A stretch of DNA of 64,000 bases from an uncultured Gemmatimonadota bacterium (GTDB lineage: Bacteria; JAAXHH01): positions 2,272,001-2,336,000 of the forward strand of contig OX638340.1 of NCBI GenBank assembly GCA_951812955.1. The letters are read 5' to 3'. The translations under genes and the position numbers were made by a program. The first letter of the stretch is position 1; the number at the start of each line of letters is the position of its first letter. The notes beneath the pieces are model-generated. The model did not search any database, was not told where the DNA came from, and worked only from the letters and a program-made list of their open reading frames with translations. Of this stretch, positions 56,245-64,000 are shown one piece after another.

Positions 56245-56879
56245 TGAAAACCAGATACTGGGTGGGCGGTTGTCTATCCGCGATCATTCTGCTCGCCGTA
56301 ATCGCAGGCGCAACCTACTATTTTCTCCTCCAGGCGAGCGATGAACTGGTCGAGACTTACACGAGTCCGGAGCCCCGCGATTTCTCCCGCACTGAGTCCC
56401 GTGTAGAGAAGGGTCGGGAAGAAGCGCTGTCGGCAATCGAACGGTTCAGGGATTTCATCTTTGCGCTTGAGACGGGCGAAGATACCGAAAGCTTTTCGCT
56501 GTCTGCGGACGATATCAATGCCCTCCTCGAGCAAGAGGATCTGTTCAAAGAAATCCACGGGATGGCGCGCGTGGACATCCAGGATGACAAGCTTCAGGCC
56601 GAGATCAGCGTGCCCCTCGGCTTGTTCAACGATCGATTCGAAGGCCAATACCTGAACGGTACAGGCGAACTCTCCATCGAGATGAAGGACGACCGGCTGG
56701 AGGTCACCATCGACCGGCTGGAGGTCGGCGGCAGAGACATTCCTGCAGAATTCATGAATGAAATCCGTAAAAACAACCTGGTGGAAACCCTGTACCGGGA
56801 GCCGGCTCTGGATCGATTTCTACAAATGGTGAAGGACGTGAAGATCGAAGACGGCCGGCTCGTTATCCAACCCAGGTAG
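56244..56879 (+). CDS. Hypothetical membrane-anchored protein.
   Basis: It has an N-terminal transmembrane helix (GGCLSAIILLAVIAGATYYFLL). Its start overlaps the amidohydrolase stop (TAATG). No family was recognised. Confidence 0.5.
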   Translation: MKTRYWVGGCLSAIILLAVIAGATYYFLLQASDELVETYTSPEPRDFSRTESRVEKGREEALSAIERFRDFIFALETGEDTESFSLSADDINALLEQEDLFKEIHGMARVDIQDDKLQAEISVPLGLFNDRFEGQYLNGTGELSIEMKDDRLEVTIDRLEVGGRDIPAEFMNEIRKNNLVETLYREPALDRFLQMVKDVKIEDGRLVIQPR

Positions 56880-56911
56880 GATCCGGACCCTCGCGCCGTG
56901 GAAACAACGCC

Positions 56912-57757
56912 ATGCCCATCCTCCTCGCCATCGCCCTGCACGCGGAAGCGCGGCCTGTGATCGAGCGATTCCGATTGAAGCAGGACGCATCCTTCGACCT
57001 GCCCGTTTTCCGGCGGGACGAGGTCTGGCTTACCGTGACCGGTACGGGACGCATGAAGTCCGCCATCGCGACCACCTGCCTGGTCACCCGGATTGAAAGA
57101 GATGAGCGAACGGTCATCTTCAACCTCGGCGTCGCCGGCCATACGCAGAAGGCGGAGGAGGGACCCGTCAAGGTCGGGGACCGGTTCCTCGCGAACAAGA
57201 TCACGGAGCAAAGCACCGGCCGATCCTTCTATCCCGACCTGCTGGCGAGGACGCCCCTGGCGGAATCCGCGGTCACGACCGTGGAACGTCCCCTGGACCG
57301 GGCGGACGCCGGCGCCGTCGAGCCGGGCCTGGCCGACATGGAAGCGGCCGGATTCTTCCAGGCGGCGGCGACCTTCCTCCCGCCCCACCGGATCGGCTGC
57401 GTCAAGGTCGTTTCCGACCACCTGGAAACGAGACGCTTCGACAAGGACTGGATAAGTGAACTGATCGCGGGATCCCTGGACGATTTCGAGGCAGCGATCG
57501 CGGCTTACAGGACGATCTCCGACGGGGAACCGGACGCGTTGACCGACGCGGACGTGCGCGTCGTGGAAGACATCCGCGACCGGCTGCGACTGACGGCCAG
57601 CCGGCACCGGATGCTGTCCGACCTGGTGCGGTCTTACAAGCTACACACCGGCTCGGACCTGCCTGACCTCACACGGATCTCCCAGGTCTCCGTCAAGACG
57701 AAACAGGAAGGCGATGCAGAATTTGAAAGACTACGCGGCATCCTCTCGGTGGAATAA
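56912..57757 (+). CDS. PNP_UDP_1-family nucleosidase (MTA/SAH/5-prime-deoxyadenosine nucleosidase or futalosine-hydrolase-like).
   Basis: MPILLAIALHAEARPVIERF... and ...NLGVAGHT... match the Pfs/MqnB-type nucleosidase fold by pattern. Confidence 0.5.
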   Translation: MPILLAIALHAEARPVIERFRLKQDASFDLPVFRRDEVWLTVTGTGRMKSAIATTCLVTRIERDERTVIFNLGVAGHTQKAEEGPVKVGDRFLANKITEQSTGRSFYPDLLARTPLAESAVTTVERPLDRADAGAVEPGLADMEAAGFFQAAATFLPPHRIGCVKVVSDHLETRRFDKDWISELIAGSLDDFEAAIAAYRTISDGEPDALTDADVRVVEDIRDRLRLTASRHRMLSDLVRSYKLHTGSDLPDLTRISQVSVKTKQEGDAEFERLRGILSVE

Positions 57758-58754
57758 CTTCTCCCACCTCTATGTCGAGCGCGGCGCAGACGAATACTCG
57801 CTCACCCGGCGCATACGGGATCGTTTTTCGAAAGCCCGCGTGGTGGAGATCGACGACTACAAGGCGGTCTTCGCCCGGCCGCGTCAGCGGTTCCAGGCAC
57901 AAAAGGAGACCATGAAACTGATCCTGGCCGTGAAGAAGGACCGGTTCCTGTACGAAGGGTCGGGGAACAGCCAGAACTTCAACCTCGAGGATTTCTACTA
58001 CAACACGCTTATGTTCAATTGCGTGTACAACTGCGACTACTGCTACCTGCAGGGCATGTATCCATCGGCGAATATCGTGGTTTTCGTGAACCTGGAGGAC
58101 TACTTTAAGGCGACGCGCAGGGCCATACGCGAGAGGTCGAACCCCTCGCAGCCGTTTTACCTGTGTATCTCTTACGACACCGACCTGCTCGCTTTCGAGT
58201 CGGTCGTGCCCTATTGCCGCGCCTGGATAGAATTCGCCCGCGAGGAGCCGGACCTGCTCGTTGAAATCCGTACCAAGAGCGCCGCGTACCGCGCCATCGG
58301 GGACCTGTCGCCTTCAGAACGCGTCATCCTGGCGTGGACCCTGTCCCCCGAACCGGTCGCCGCACGCTTCGAACACGGGACGGCGCCGCTCAATCAGAGG
58401 CTGGACGCCGCCCGGTCGGCCATTGACGACGGCTGGCCGGTCCGTCTCTGCTTCGACCCGGTCCTCGCCGTTCCGTCCTGGGAGTCCGTTTACGGAGACC
58501 TGGTCGAGGAGGTCGTCCGGCGGATCGAGCCGGCCGCCGTTCGAGACGTGACCGTGGGCGTCTTCCGATTGTCGAAGATCCATTATCAGCGCATGAGACG
58601 TTTGCGGCGGGATACGCCGCTTCTGTACGACGAATACGTACAGGAGGGCACGACCGTGACCTACACGGCCGAACGGCGGGAGGAGATGACCGCCTTCATG
58701 CGGCAGCGCCTGGGAGACCACTTCGAAGAGGAGCGAATCGTCACATGGACGTAG
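57714..58754 (+). CDS. Radical SAM enzyme of the spore photoproduct lyase (SplB) family.
   Basis: The CxxxCxxC motif sits in the context FNCVYNCDYCYLQG; the B. subtilis SPL has the comparable motif. The N-terminus (MQN...) and overall length are also SPL-like. Confidence 0.65.
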   Translation: MQNLKDYAASSRWNNFSHLYVERGADEYSLTRRIRDRFSKARVVEIDDYKAVFARPRQRFQAQKETMKLILAVKKDRFLYEGSGNSQNFNLEDFYYNTLMFNCVYNCDYCYLQGMYPSANIVVFVNLEDYFKATRRAIRERSNPSQPFYLCISYDTDLLAFESVVPYCRAWIEFAREEPDLLVEIRTKSAAYRAIGDLSPSERVILAWTLSPEPVAARFEHGTAPLNQRLDAARSAIDDGWPVRLCFDPVLAVPSWESVYGDLVEEVVRRIEPAAVRDVTVGVFRLSKIHYQRMRRLRRDTPLLYDEYVQEGTTVTYTAERREEMTAFMRQRLGDHFEEERIVTWT

Positions 58755-59464
58755 CACTGGTCACCGGCGCTTCATCCGGAATCGGCCTGGCCATCGCCGC
58801 GCGCCTGGTCGAGTCGGGCTACAACGTATACGGGTATGCCCGCGACCACGGGAAGACCTCCTACCGCCACGCCCGGTACAAACCCGTCGAATGTGACGTG
58901 ACCGATACCCGGGTGCTGCTGGATCGCACCGAGGATTTGCTCAAGGAAACCGGGGGACTGAAGGTCCTGGTCAACAACGCCGGTGTGGGGTTCTTCGGTC
59001 CCCATGCCACCATGGCGCCCGGGCGGATAGAAACCATGGTGCGGACCAACCTGATCGCGCCCATGGTCCTGACCCGGGCGACCCTGCGGCACCTGGAGGC
59101 CTCGCGGGGGTATGTCGTCAACATCGCTTCCACCGCCGCGTTGAATCCCGGTCCCTTCGGCGCGGCCTACGGCGCCACGAAGGCCGGCCTCCACCAGTTC
59201 GGCCAGGCGCTCTTCAGCGAGGTGCGGAAGAGCGGCGTCCGGGTGGTGACCCTGTACCCGGACATGACACGGACGCCGTTTTACGACGGGGCCGACTTCG
59301 AACCCGGCGAGGAACCCGGCACCCACATCACGCCCGAGTGCGTGGCCGACGCCGTTGCACAGGCCGTGGACCAGCGGGAGGGGACGGTGATCACGCAGAT
59401 CGTCATCAGGCCTCAGCGGACGCAAGTCGTCCGCAAGGGAAAGCCGCGGCGGGAGAAGGATTAA
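58745..59464 (+). CDS. SDR-family short-chain dehydrogenase/reductase.
   Basis: TGASSGIG is the Gly-rich NAD(P)-binding motif and YGATKAG is the catalytic YxxxK. It overlaps the upstream gene stop. Confidence 0.85.
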   Translation: MDVALVTGASSGIGLAIAARLVESGYNVYGYARDHGKTSYRHARYKPVECDVTDTRVLLDRTEDLLKETGGLKVLVNNAGVGFFGPHATMAPGRIETMVRTNLIAPMVLTRATLRHLEASRGYVVNIASTAALNPGPFGAAYGATKAGLHQFGQALFSEVRKSGVRVVTLYPDMTRTPFYDGADFEPGEEPGTHITPECVADAVAQAVDQREGTVITQIVIRPQRTQVVRKGKPRREKD

Positions 59465-59632
59465 GCGTCCGTCGGCTCAAGCAGCGGAATGGACTGCCCC
59501 GTGAAACCGCGCGAAACCATGCCAACGAATCCGCGCAAACGAGATTCCGCAAACGAACGAAATCCCCTGGCCCGGTGTTTTGGCACATGAATGAATTGCC
59601 CATCCGGTAGCTCATTTGCGAAAGGAACATTC

Positions 59633-60445
59633 ATGCCCTACATATCCTCCCTCCACGTCTATCCCATCAAGTCCTGCGCCGGACACGAGGTAAATCGGGC
59701 GGAGCTTGACGCCCGGGGGATCCTCTACGACCGGTCGTGGATCGTCGTCGGCAGTGGCGGCGGAATGCTCACCCAGCGCGACACGCCCGCCCTGGCGCTC
59801 GTTCGGCCTGCCGTGGAAAACGGCGGGCTGGTCCTTTCGGCACCGGGGATGGAGGACCTCGCGGTGCCGCGAACCGAGGAGGGCAATATACGGAACGTGG
59901 AAGTATGGGGAGATGCCTGCGACGGGATCGACCAGGGCGACGACGCGGCGGACTGGTTCAGCTCGTACCTAGACACTGCCAGCCGCCTGCTGTATTTCAA
60001 ACCGGGCTTCGTGCGTCCCGTAGACCCGGATTACGCGACCCGGCCAGGCGACCAGGTGGGCTTCGCGGACGGCTTTCCGCTGTTGATGATCTCCGAAGCC
60101 TCCCTGGCGGACCTGAATGCGCGGCTCGCATCGCCTGTCCGCATGAACCGCTTCAGACCCAATGTCGTCGTGGCAGACTGTCCGCCCTACGCGGAGGACA
60201 CGTGGAAGCACGTTCGCGCAGGGAACCTGGAACTCGACCTGGTAAAACCCTGCGGCCGGTGCGCCACGATCCTAGTGGAGCAGGAGAGCGGGACACCGGG
60301 CAAGGAACCGCTGCGCACGCTGGCGACCTACCGCAAACTCGGTCGGCCAACCCCGTCTTTCGGCCATAACGCCGTGCACCGGTCGCCCGGCGTGTTGGAA
60401 GCGGGCATGGCCATTCAGATTCTCGACATGCGGCAGAGCGCATAA
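59633..60445 (+). CDS. MOSC-domain protein (YcbX-like, with an N-terminal beta-barrel plus MOSC domain).
   Basis: MPYISSLHVYPIKSCAGHEV... is the typical MOSC N-terminal start, and the conserved Cys context LVKPCGRCA lies near the C-terminus. Confidence 0.75.
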   Translation: MPYISSLHVYPIKSCAGHEVNRAELDARGILYDRSWIVVGSGGGMLTQRDTPALALVRPAVENGGLVLSAPGMEDLAVPRTEEGNIRNVEVWGDACDGIDQGDDAADWFSSYLDTASRLLYFKPGFVRPVDPDYATRPGDQVGFADGFPLLMISEASLADLNARLASPVRMNRFRPNVVVADCPPYAEDTWKHVRAGNLELDLVKPCGRCATILVEQESGTPGKEPLRTLATYRKLGRPTPSFGHNAVHRSPGVLEAGMAIQILDMRQSA

Positions 60446-60465
60446 TAGTCAAGGAGGAGGACCCT

Positions 60466-61911
60466 TTGAGTCAGCGTGTAATCGCCATGCCGGCCGGCCG
60501 TTGCGATCTGGGCTTCGCACGGATCGATATCACCCCGCCCGAGGGGATATACCACCGCAGCTGGGGCGCGGCGAAGCATGACGCGTCCACGGGCGCACAC
60601 CGGGAACTGACCGCTTCCGCGCTGGTCTTCGTGGATCCCGGTTCGGGGGTGGAACACGCCCTCGTCGTCCTCGAACTGGGCTGGCTGCAGGCCGTCGACC
60701 TGCAGCGTCTTTCGGATACCGTCTCTTCCGGTTCGGGCCTGCCCGCCGAACGCGTCGTCATCACCTTCTCCCATACCCACGCCGCGGGCAACTACGATCC
60801 GGATCGACTGGAGCACGAGGGCGGCGCGCTGATCCCGGGATACCTGGACGAACTCGGCAAGGGACTGGCCGGCCTCGTGGAAGATGCCAGGGCCGCCGTG
60901 CTGCCGGTCGACCTGGCCTTCGGGCTCGGCCGCTGCGACCTGGCGTTTAACCGTGACTACTGGGACGCGGAAAACCGGCTGTATGCCTGCGGGACCAACC
61001 CGGAACGAGCCGCCGACGACACGGTCGTGGTCACGCGCGCCAGCGACCGGGAAGGCGGGTTGGTCGTCACCCTCGTCAACTATGGCTGCCATCCCACGAC
61101 CCTGGCCTGGGACAATACGCTGATCAGCCCCGACTACCCCGGCGCCATGCGGGAGGTCGTGGAACGGGAAACCGGCGCGCCCTGCGTGTTCATGCTGGGC
61201 GCAAGCGGCGATCTCGGTCCGCGGTACGGGTTCGTGGGCGAAACGGCGGCGGCGGACCGGAACGGCCGTCAGCTGGGCTATGCCGCGCTGTCGGCCATGG
61301 AGTCCCTGCTGCCTGACGGCTCAGAAATGCATTACGACGGCCCCGTGATATCGGGCGCCACCATAGGGGTCTGGCTACACAGCCCCATGGATGCCGGACG
61401 CGCCCGGCGGCTCGAAACCTTCGACTCCTCCGTGATGACGCTGGACCTGCCCCTGCTGGACCTGCCCACGCAGGCGGAACTGGACCGGCAGCTTGCCGAA
61501 TGGATGTCCCGCGAAGAAACCGCCAGGCGGGACGGGCGAAACCGGGAAGCCGCCGATTGTCGCGCCCGCATTGAACGGGTTCGGCGGACCATGCGGCGCG
61601 TCGAAAGCATTCCGCCGGACAGAAAGTCCGCCCCCTACGGTGTCACGCTCTGGCGCATCGGCGAAAGCGTCCTCGTGCTGGTCAGCGGCGAACCCTACAG
61701 CGTGTTCCAGCGCGAACTCAGGGCGCGCTTTCCGGCTACCGCCATCGTCGTGGTCGTCCTGTGCAACAGGGGAACGGGCGGTTACCTGCTGCCCGCGGAC
61801 GACTACGGCAAGGGCCTCTACCAGGAAGAGGCCGCGTCGATCGGTCCGGGCGGGCTCGAAGCGGCGACCGACGCGATTGCGCGGCAGCTTGCAGCCTGGG
61901 GCCTGAAGTAG
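60466..61911 (+). CDS. Neutral/alkaline ceramidase-like superfamily hypothetical protein.
   Basis: 481 aa. ...LVFVDPGSGVEHALVVLELGW...TFSHTHAAGN...NYGCHPTTL... weakly matches the bacterial ceramidase-like N-terminal domain. Low confidence. Confidence 0.4.
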   Translation: MSQRVIAMPAGRCDLGFARIDITPPEGIYHRSWGAAKHDASTGAHRELTASALVFVDPGSGVEHALVVLELGWLQAVDLQRLSDTVSSGSGLPAERVVITFSHTHAAGNYDPDRLEHEGGALIPGYLDELGKGLAGLVEDARAAVLPVDLAFGLGRCDLAFNRDYWDAENRLYACGTNPERAADDTVVVTRASDREGGLVVTLVNYGCHPTTLAWDNTLISPDYPGAMREVVERETGAPCVFMLGASGDLGPRYGFVGETAAADRNGRQLGYAALSAMESLLPDGSEMHYDGPVISGATIGVWLHSPMDAGRARRLETFDSSVMTLDLPLLDLPTQAELDRQLAEWMSREETARRDGRNREAADCRARIERVRRTMRRVESIPPDRKSAPYGVTLWRIGESVLVLVSGEPYSVFQRELRARFPATAIVVVVLCNRGTGGYLLPADDYGKGLYQEEAASIGPGGLEAATDAIARQLAAWGLK

Positions 61912-62048
61912 CAGGATGCCCGTCCCCGAGGGCGTCTACGGCCGGGACGGGGCGCAACCAATCGGAACCTGGAACAGGATGCAGATCAGACAGGAGCGGT
62001 GACATGGCAGCAGGCAACACGGTAGAAGGCAACACGGCAGAAGGCAAC

Positions 62049-63146
62049 ATGACAACAGGCAACTTACGTATCGGGCTCATCGGGCTCGGAACGGTGTGCG
62101 AATACGTGCATTACCCTGGGTTCTCCCGTATTCCGGGCGTGGAAATCGCCGGGCTGTGCGAGGTGGACGGGGATCTGCTGGCCCGCAGACAGGCACAGTG
62201 GGGCGTCGCGGATGGTTTCACGGACGTGGACCGGTTCCTGGCCACCGTCAAACCGGACGCCGTGGCCGTCGCCGTGCCGAACGTGTATCACCGCGATATC
62301 GTGATTAAATCCGTCGAGGCGGGTTGTCACGTGCTCTGTGAAAAACCCATCGGCATGACCGTAGCGGAGACCGTGGATATGTACGTATCCGCCAGAAACG
62401 CAGGCGTTCGCCACATGACCGCCTTTACCTACCGGTTCGTACCGGGCATGCGCTACCTGAAGCACCTGGTCGACGAAGGGCAACTCGGCGAGATACGCCA
62501 CGCGCGCTTCCAGCGCCTCCAGGACTGGGGCGAACATTCCGTGGGATGGCGCCAGTACCGGCGCATGGCCGCCACGGGGGAACTCGGGGACATGGGCATA
62601 CACCGCATCGACTTCGCCGAGGACCTGCTCGGTCCGATCAAGTCGGTGTGCGCGTCACTGAAGCAGGTCATTCCCCGGGACCGGACGGAGGACGGAAGGC
62701 CCTGCGAACCGCAGGACGTGGAGGACTGGGTCGCCTGGATCGCCGAATTCGAATCGGGGACCACGGGCGTATTCGAGATGGGAAAACTGACCAAGGGCCA
62801 CGGGCCCGGGGGTGATCACGACATCTGCGAGTTGAACGGGACCATCGGATCCGCCGCCTACCGGCTTCACACGCCCTGTGCCATCCTGGCCGGTCCGCGC
62901 CGCGCCAGATACCGGAGACGCCGTGTGCCTGCGGGCTTCCTCACCGTGCCCGGTTCTCCCCGCGACCCGAAAGAAGGCGATCCTGCACAGACTTTTCGTT
63001 TCGACCAGGCCTGGGAGTTCGTCTGTGCCATCCGCGAGGAACGGGACTGCGTGCCTTCCTTCTACCACGGCATGCGCGCACAGGTCGTCGCGGAGGCTAT
63101 CCTCGAGGCGGCCGAGTCCCGGAGGTGGGTGGACGTGCCGGCTTGA
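62049..63146 (+). CDS. Gfo/Idh/MocA-family NAD(P)-dependent oxidoreductase.
   Basis: MTTGNLRIGLIGLGTVCEYVHYPGF... is the Rossmann start, and ...EKPIGMTVAE... follows. Four tandem 15-nt repeats (61997-62056) precede and overlap the start. The alternative upstream start at 62004 would add GNTVEGNTAEGN. Confidence 0.8.
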   Translation: MTTGNLRIGLIGLGTVCEYVHYPGFSRIPGVEIAGLCEVDGDLLARRQAQWGVADGFTDVDRFLATVKPDAVAVAVPNVYHRDIVIKSVEAGCHVLCEKPIGMTVAETVDMYVSARNAGVRHMTAFTYRFVPGMRYLKHLVDEGQLGEIRHARFQRLQDWGEHSVGWRQYRRMAATGELGDMGIHRIDFAEDLLGPIKSVCASLKQVIPRDRTEDGRPCEPQDVEDWVAWIAEFESGTTGVFEMGKLTKGHGPGGDHDICELNGTIGSAAYRLHTPCAILAGPRRARYRRRRVPAGFLTVPGSPRDPKEGDPAQTFRFDQAWEFVCAIREERDCVPSFYHGMRAQVVAEAILEAAESRRWVDVPA

Positions 63147-63372
63147 ACCGGTATCGGGCCGGTCCGCCTGCCGGACAGGCTGAAATCCCACACCACCGAA
63201 TTTTCATTTCATCGTCATGGTTTCGTCATACTTGGCCCTTATCTTACGACCGTTCTGACGATGGGACACATAGTCCCGGCACAAGCCGGGCATAGTGACC
63301 ACAGATATCGCAGGGTGCCCGTGACCGTTGGGTACCCGATTGTCCTGACGGGTCAATTTTGGAGGAGAAGCC

Positions 63373-64000
63373 GTGAAAGCTCTGAGCTACCTGTTCATCG
63401 CAACGCTACTGGTTTTACCGGTCCAGCGGTCCCAGGCCGGCGTCGGTCAGGCCGGCGGACTGTTCCTGCAGATCGCGCCCGACGCGAGGTCCACGGCCAT
63501 GGGCGAGACCGGCGTTGCCCACGCCCGCGGCGCACAGGTCCCTGCGTGGAATCCCGGCGGACTGGGATACCTCGAGTACAACGGGCTTTCGGGAACCTAT
63601 TTCAAATGGCTGCCTTACCTGGCAGACGATCTCTACTACCTGCATTTCTCCTACGTGCGCCCGGTCGAAGGCATAGGCACATTCGGCGTCAGCGTTCCCT
63701 ATCTTTCATTGGGAGAACAGGAAAGAGTCAATGCGGCAGGGGACAGCCAGGGCACGTTCAGCAGTTCGGACATGGCGGTGTCCCTTTCTTACGGAACCCT
63801 TCTCAACGATCGCCTGGGAATCGGTTCCAATCTGAAGCTCATACGCAGCGCCCTGTCCGATGAGGACAATGGGGTGGGGACGAGTTTCGCCCTGGATATC
63901 GGAGTGACCGCCCGCGTCCTGCCTCGACTCACCTTGGCCGGCGTCGTGCAGAACCTGGGCAAGGATATCAAATATGTTGATCCGGACCAGGGAGATCCGC
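63373..64000 (+). CDS. PorV/LptO-like (FadL-like) outer-membrane beta-barrel protein, 5-prime partial.
   Basis: GTG start with a GGAGGA ribosome-binding site. It has a signal peptide (VKALSYLFIATLLVLPVQRSQA). ...GGLFLQIAPDARSTAMGETGVAHARGAQVPAWNPGGL is the conserved N-terminal motif of the PorV/UPF0164 family. The gene runs off the window. Confidence 0.55.
   Translation, partial: MKALSYLFIATLLVLPVQRSQAGVGQAGGLFLQIAPDARSTAMGETGVAHARGAQVPAWNPGGLGYLEYNGLSGTYFKWLPYLADDLYYLHFSYVRPVEGIGTFGVSVPYLSLGEQERVNAAGDSQGTFSSSDMAVSLSYGTLLNDRLGIGSNLKLIRSALSDEDNGVGTSFALDIGVTARVLPRLTLAGVVQNLGKDIKYVDPDQGDP

Noticed and set aside
1-64000. tRNA, rRNA or tmRNA genes.
   Set aside because: I scanned intergenic regions for T-psi-C loop consensus (GGTTCGAATCC-like) and cloverleaf-compatible segments. 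The only match (about 7951) lies inside the htrA coding region and lacks acceptor-stem complementarity.

Overview
The window is a gene-dense, high-GC (roughly 65%) bacterial chromosomal segment. Most genes run on the minus strand up to about 51.4 kb and on the plus strand after that. I found no rRNA, tRNA or CRISPR.

Contents in order:
- The 3-prime part of a Cu/Ag-type RND efflux operon: a partial membrane-fusion protein with an N-terminal CxxC metal-binding domain, plus a TolC-like outer membrane factor.
- A small Cys/His-rich secreted protein, a VapC toxin with a downstream Phd/YefM antitoxin, and two tandem MarR paralogs separated by tandem repeats.
- gpmI-glk, htrA/degP, lon, a cytochrome c-prime-like lipoprotein (C-terminal CxxCH), a double-VOC lipoprotein and an Eis-like GNAT.
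- A roughly 1.2 kb low-GC islet with a frameshifted AbrB/MazE-type antitoxin and a hicB-hicA pair.
- A Liv-type ABC substrate-binding protein, a DUF1330 protein, a beta-lactamase-family serine hydrolase and a 271-aa hypothetical.
- A roughly 20 kb paralog-rich accessory block at 21.2-41.8 kb. It holds three ATPase-less FtsX/MacB-type permeases (one frameshifted), two secreted TPR proteins with a GWxTD-like C-terminal domain, two Big_2 lipoproteins with an unclassified Cys-containing C-terminal domain, a putative glycoside hydrolase and an M29 aminopeptidase.
- A Bacillus-like heme operon: ccsA/hemX-like, sirC, hemA, hemC, cobA/hemD fusion, zinc-ribbon protein, hemB, hemL.
- A class IV aminotransferase, era, an APH-family kinase, and a plus-strand operon of M48 peptidase, amidohydrolase, membrane hypothetical, PNP_UDP nucleosidase, spore-photoproduct-lyase-like radical SAM enzyme and SDR.
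- MOSC, ceramidase-like and Gfo/Idh/MocA genes, and the start of a PorV-like outer membrane protein.

The accessory block contains a roughly 5 kb mosaic tandem segmental duplication (FtsX + Big_2 + 3-prime part of hemL). Its junction makes an in-frame chimeric ORF that joins the TPR gene's promoter and signal peptide to the hemL C-terminus.

A second recurrent signal is genome-wide: short (15-50 bp) tandem duplications sit exactly across the stop codons of at least six genes (lon, cytochrome c-prime, MarR-2, FtsX-1, era, SDR). In-frame tandem repeats also occur inside several coding sequences. This suggests a high small-duplication rate filtered by selection, or a systematic assembly artifact.

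All calls are made from sequence reading and family-level pattern recognition only; no database search was run.
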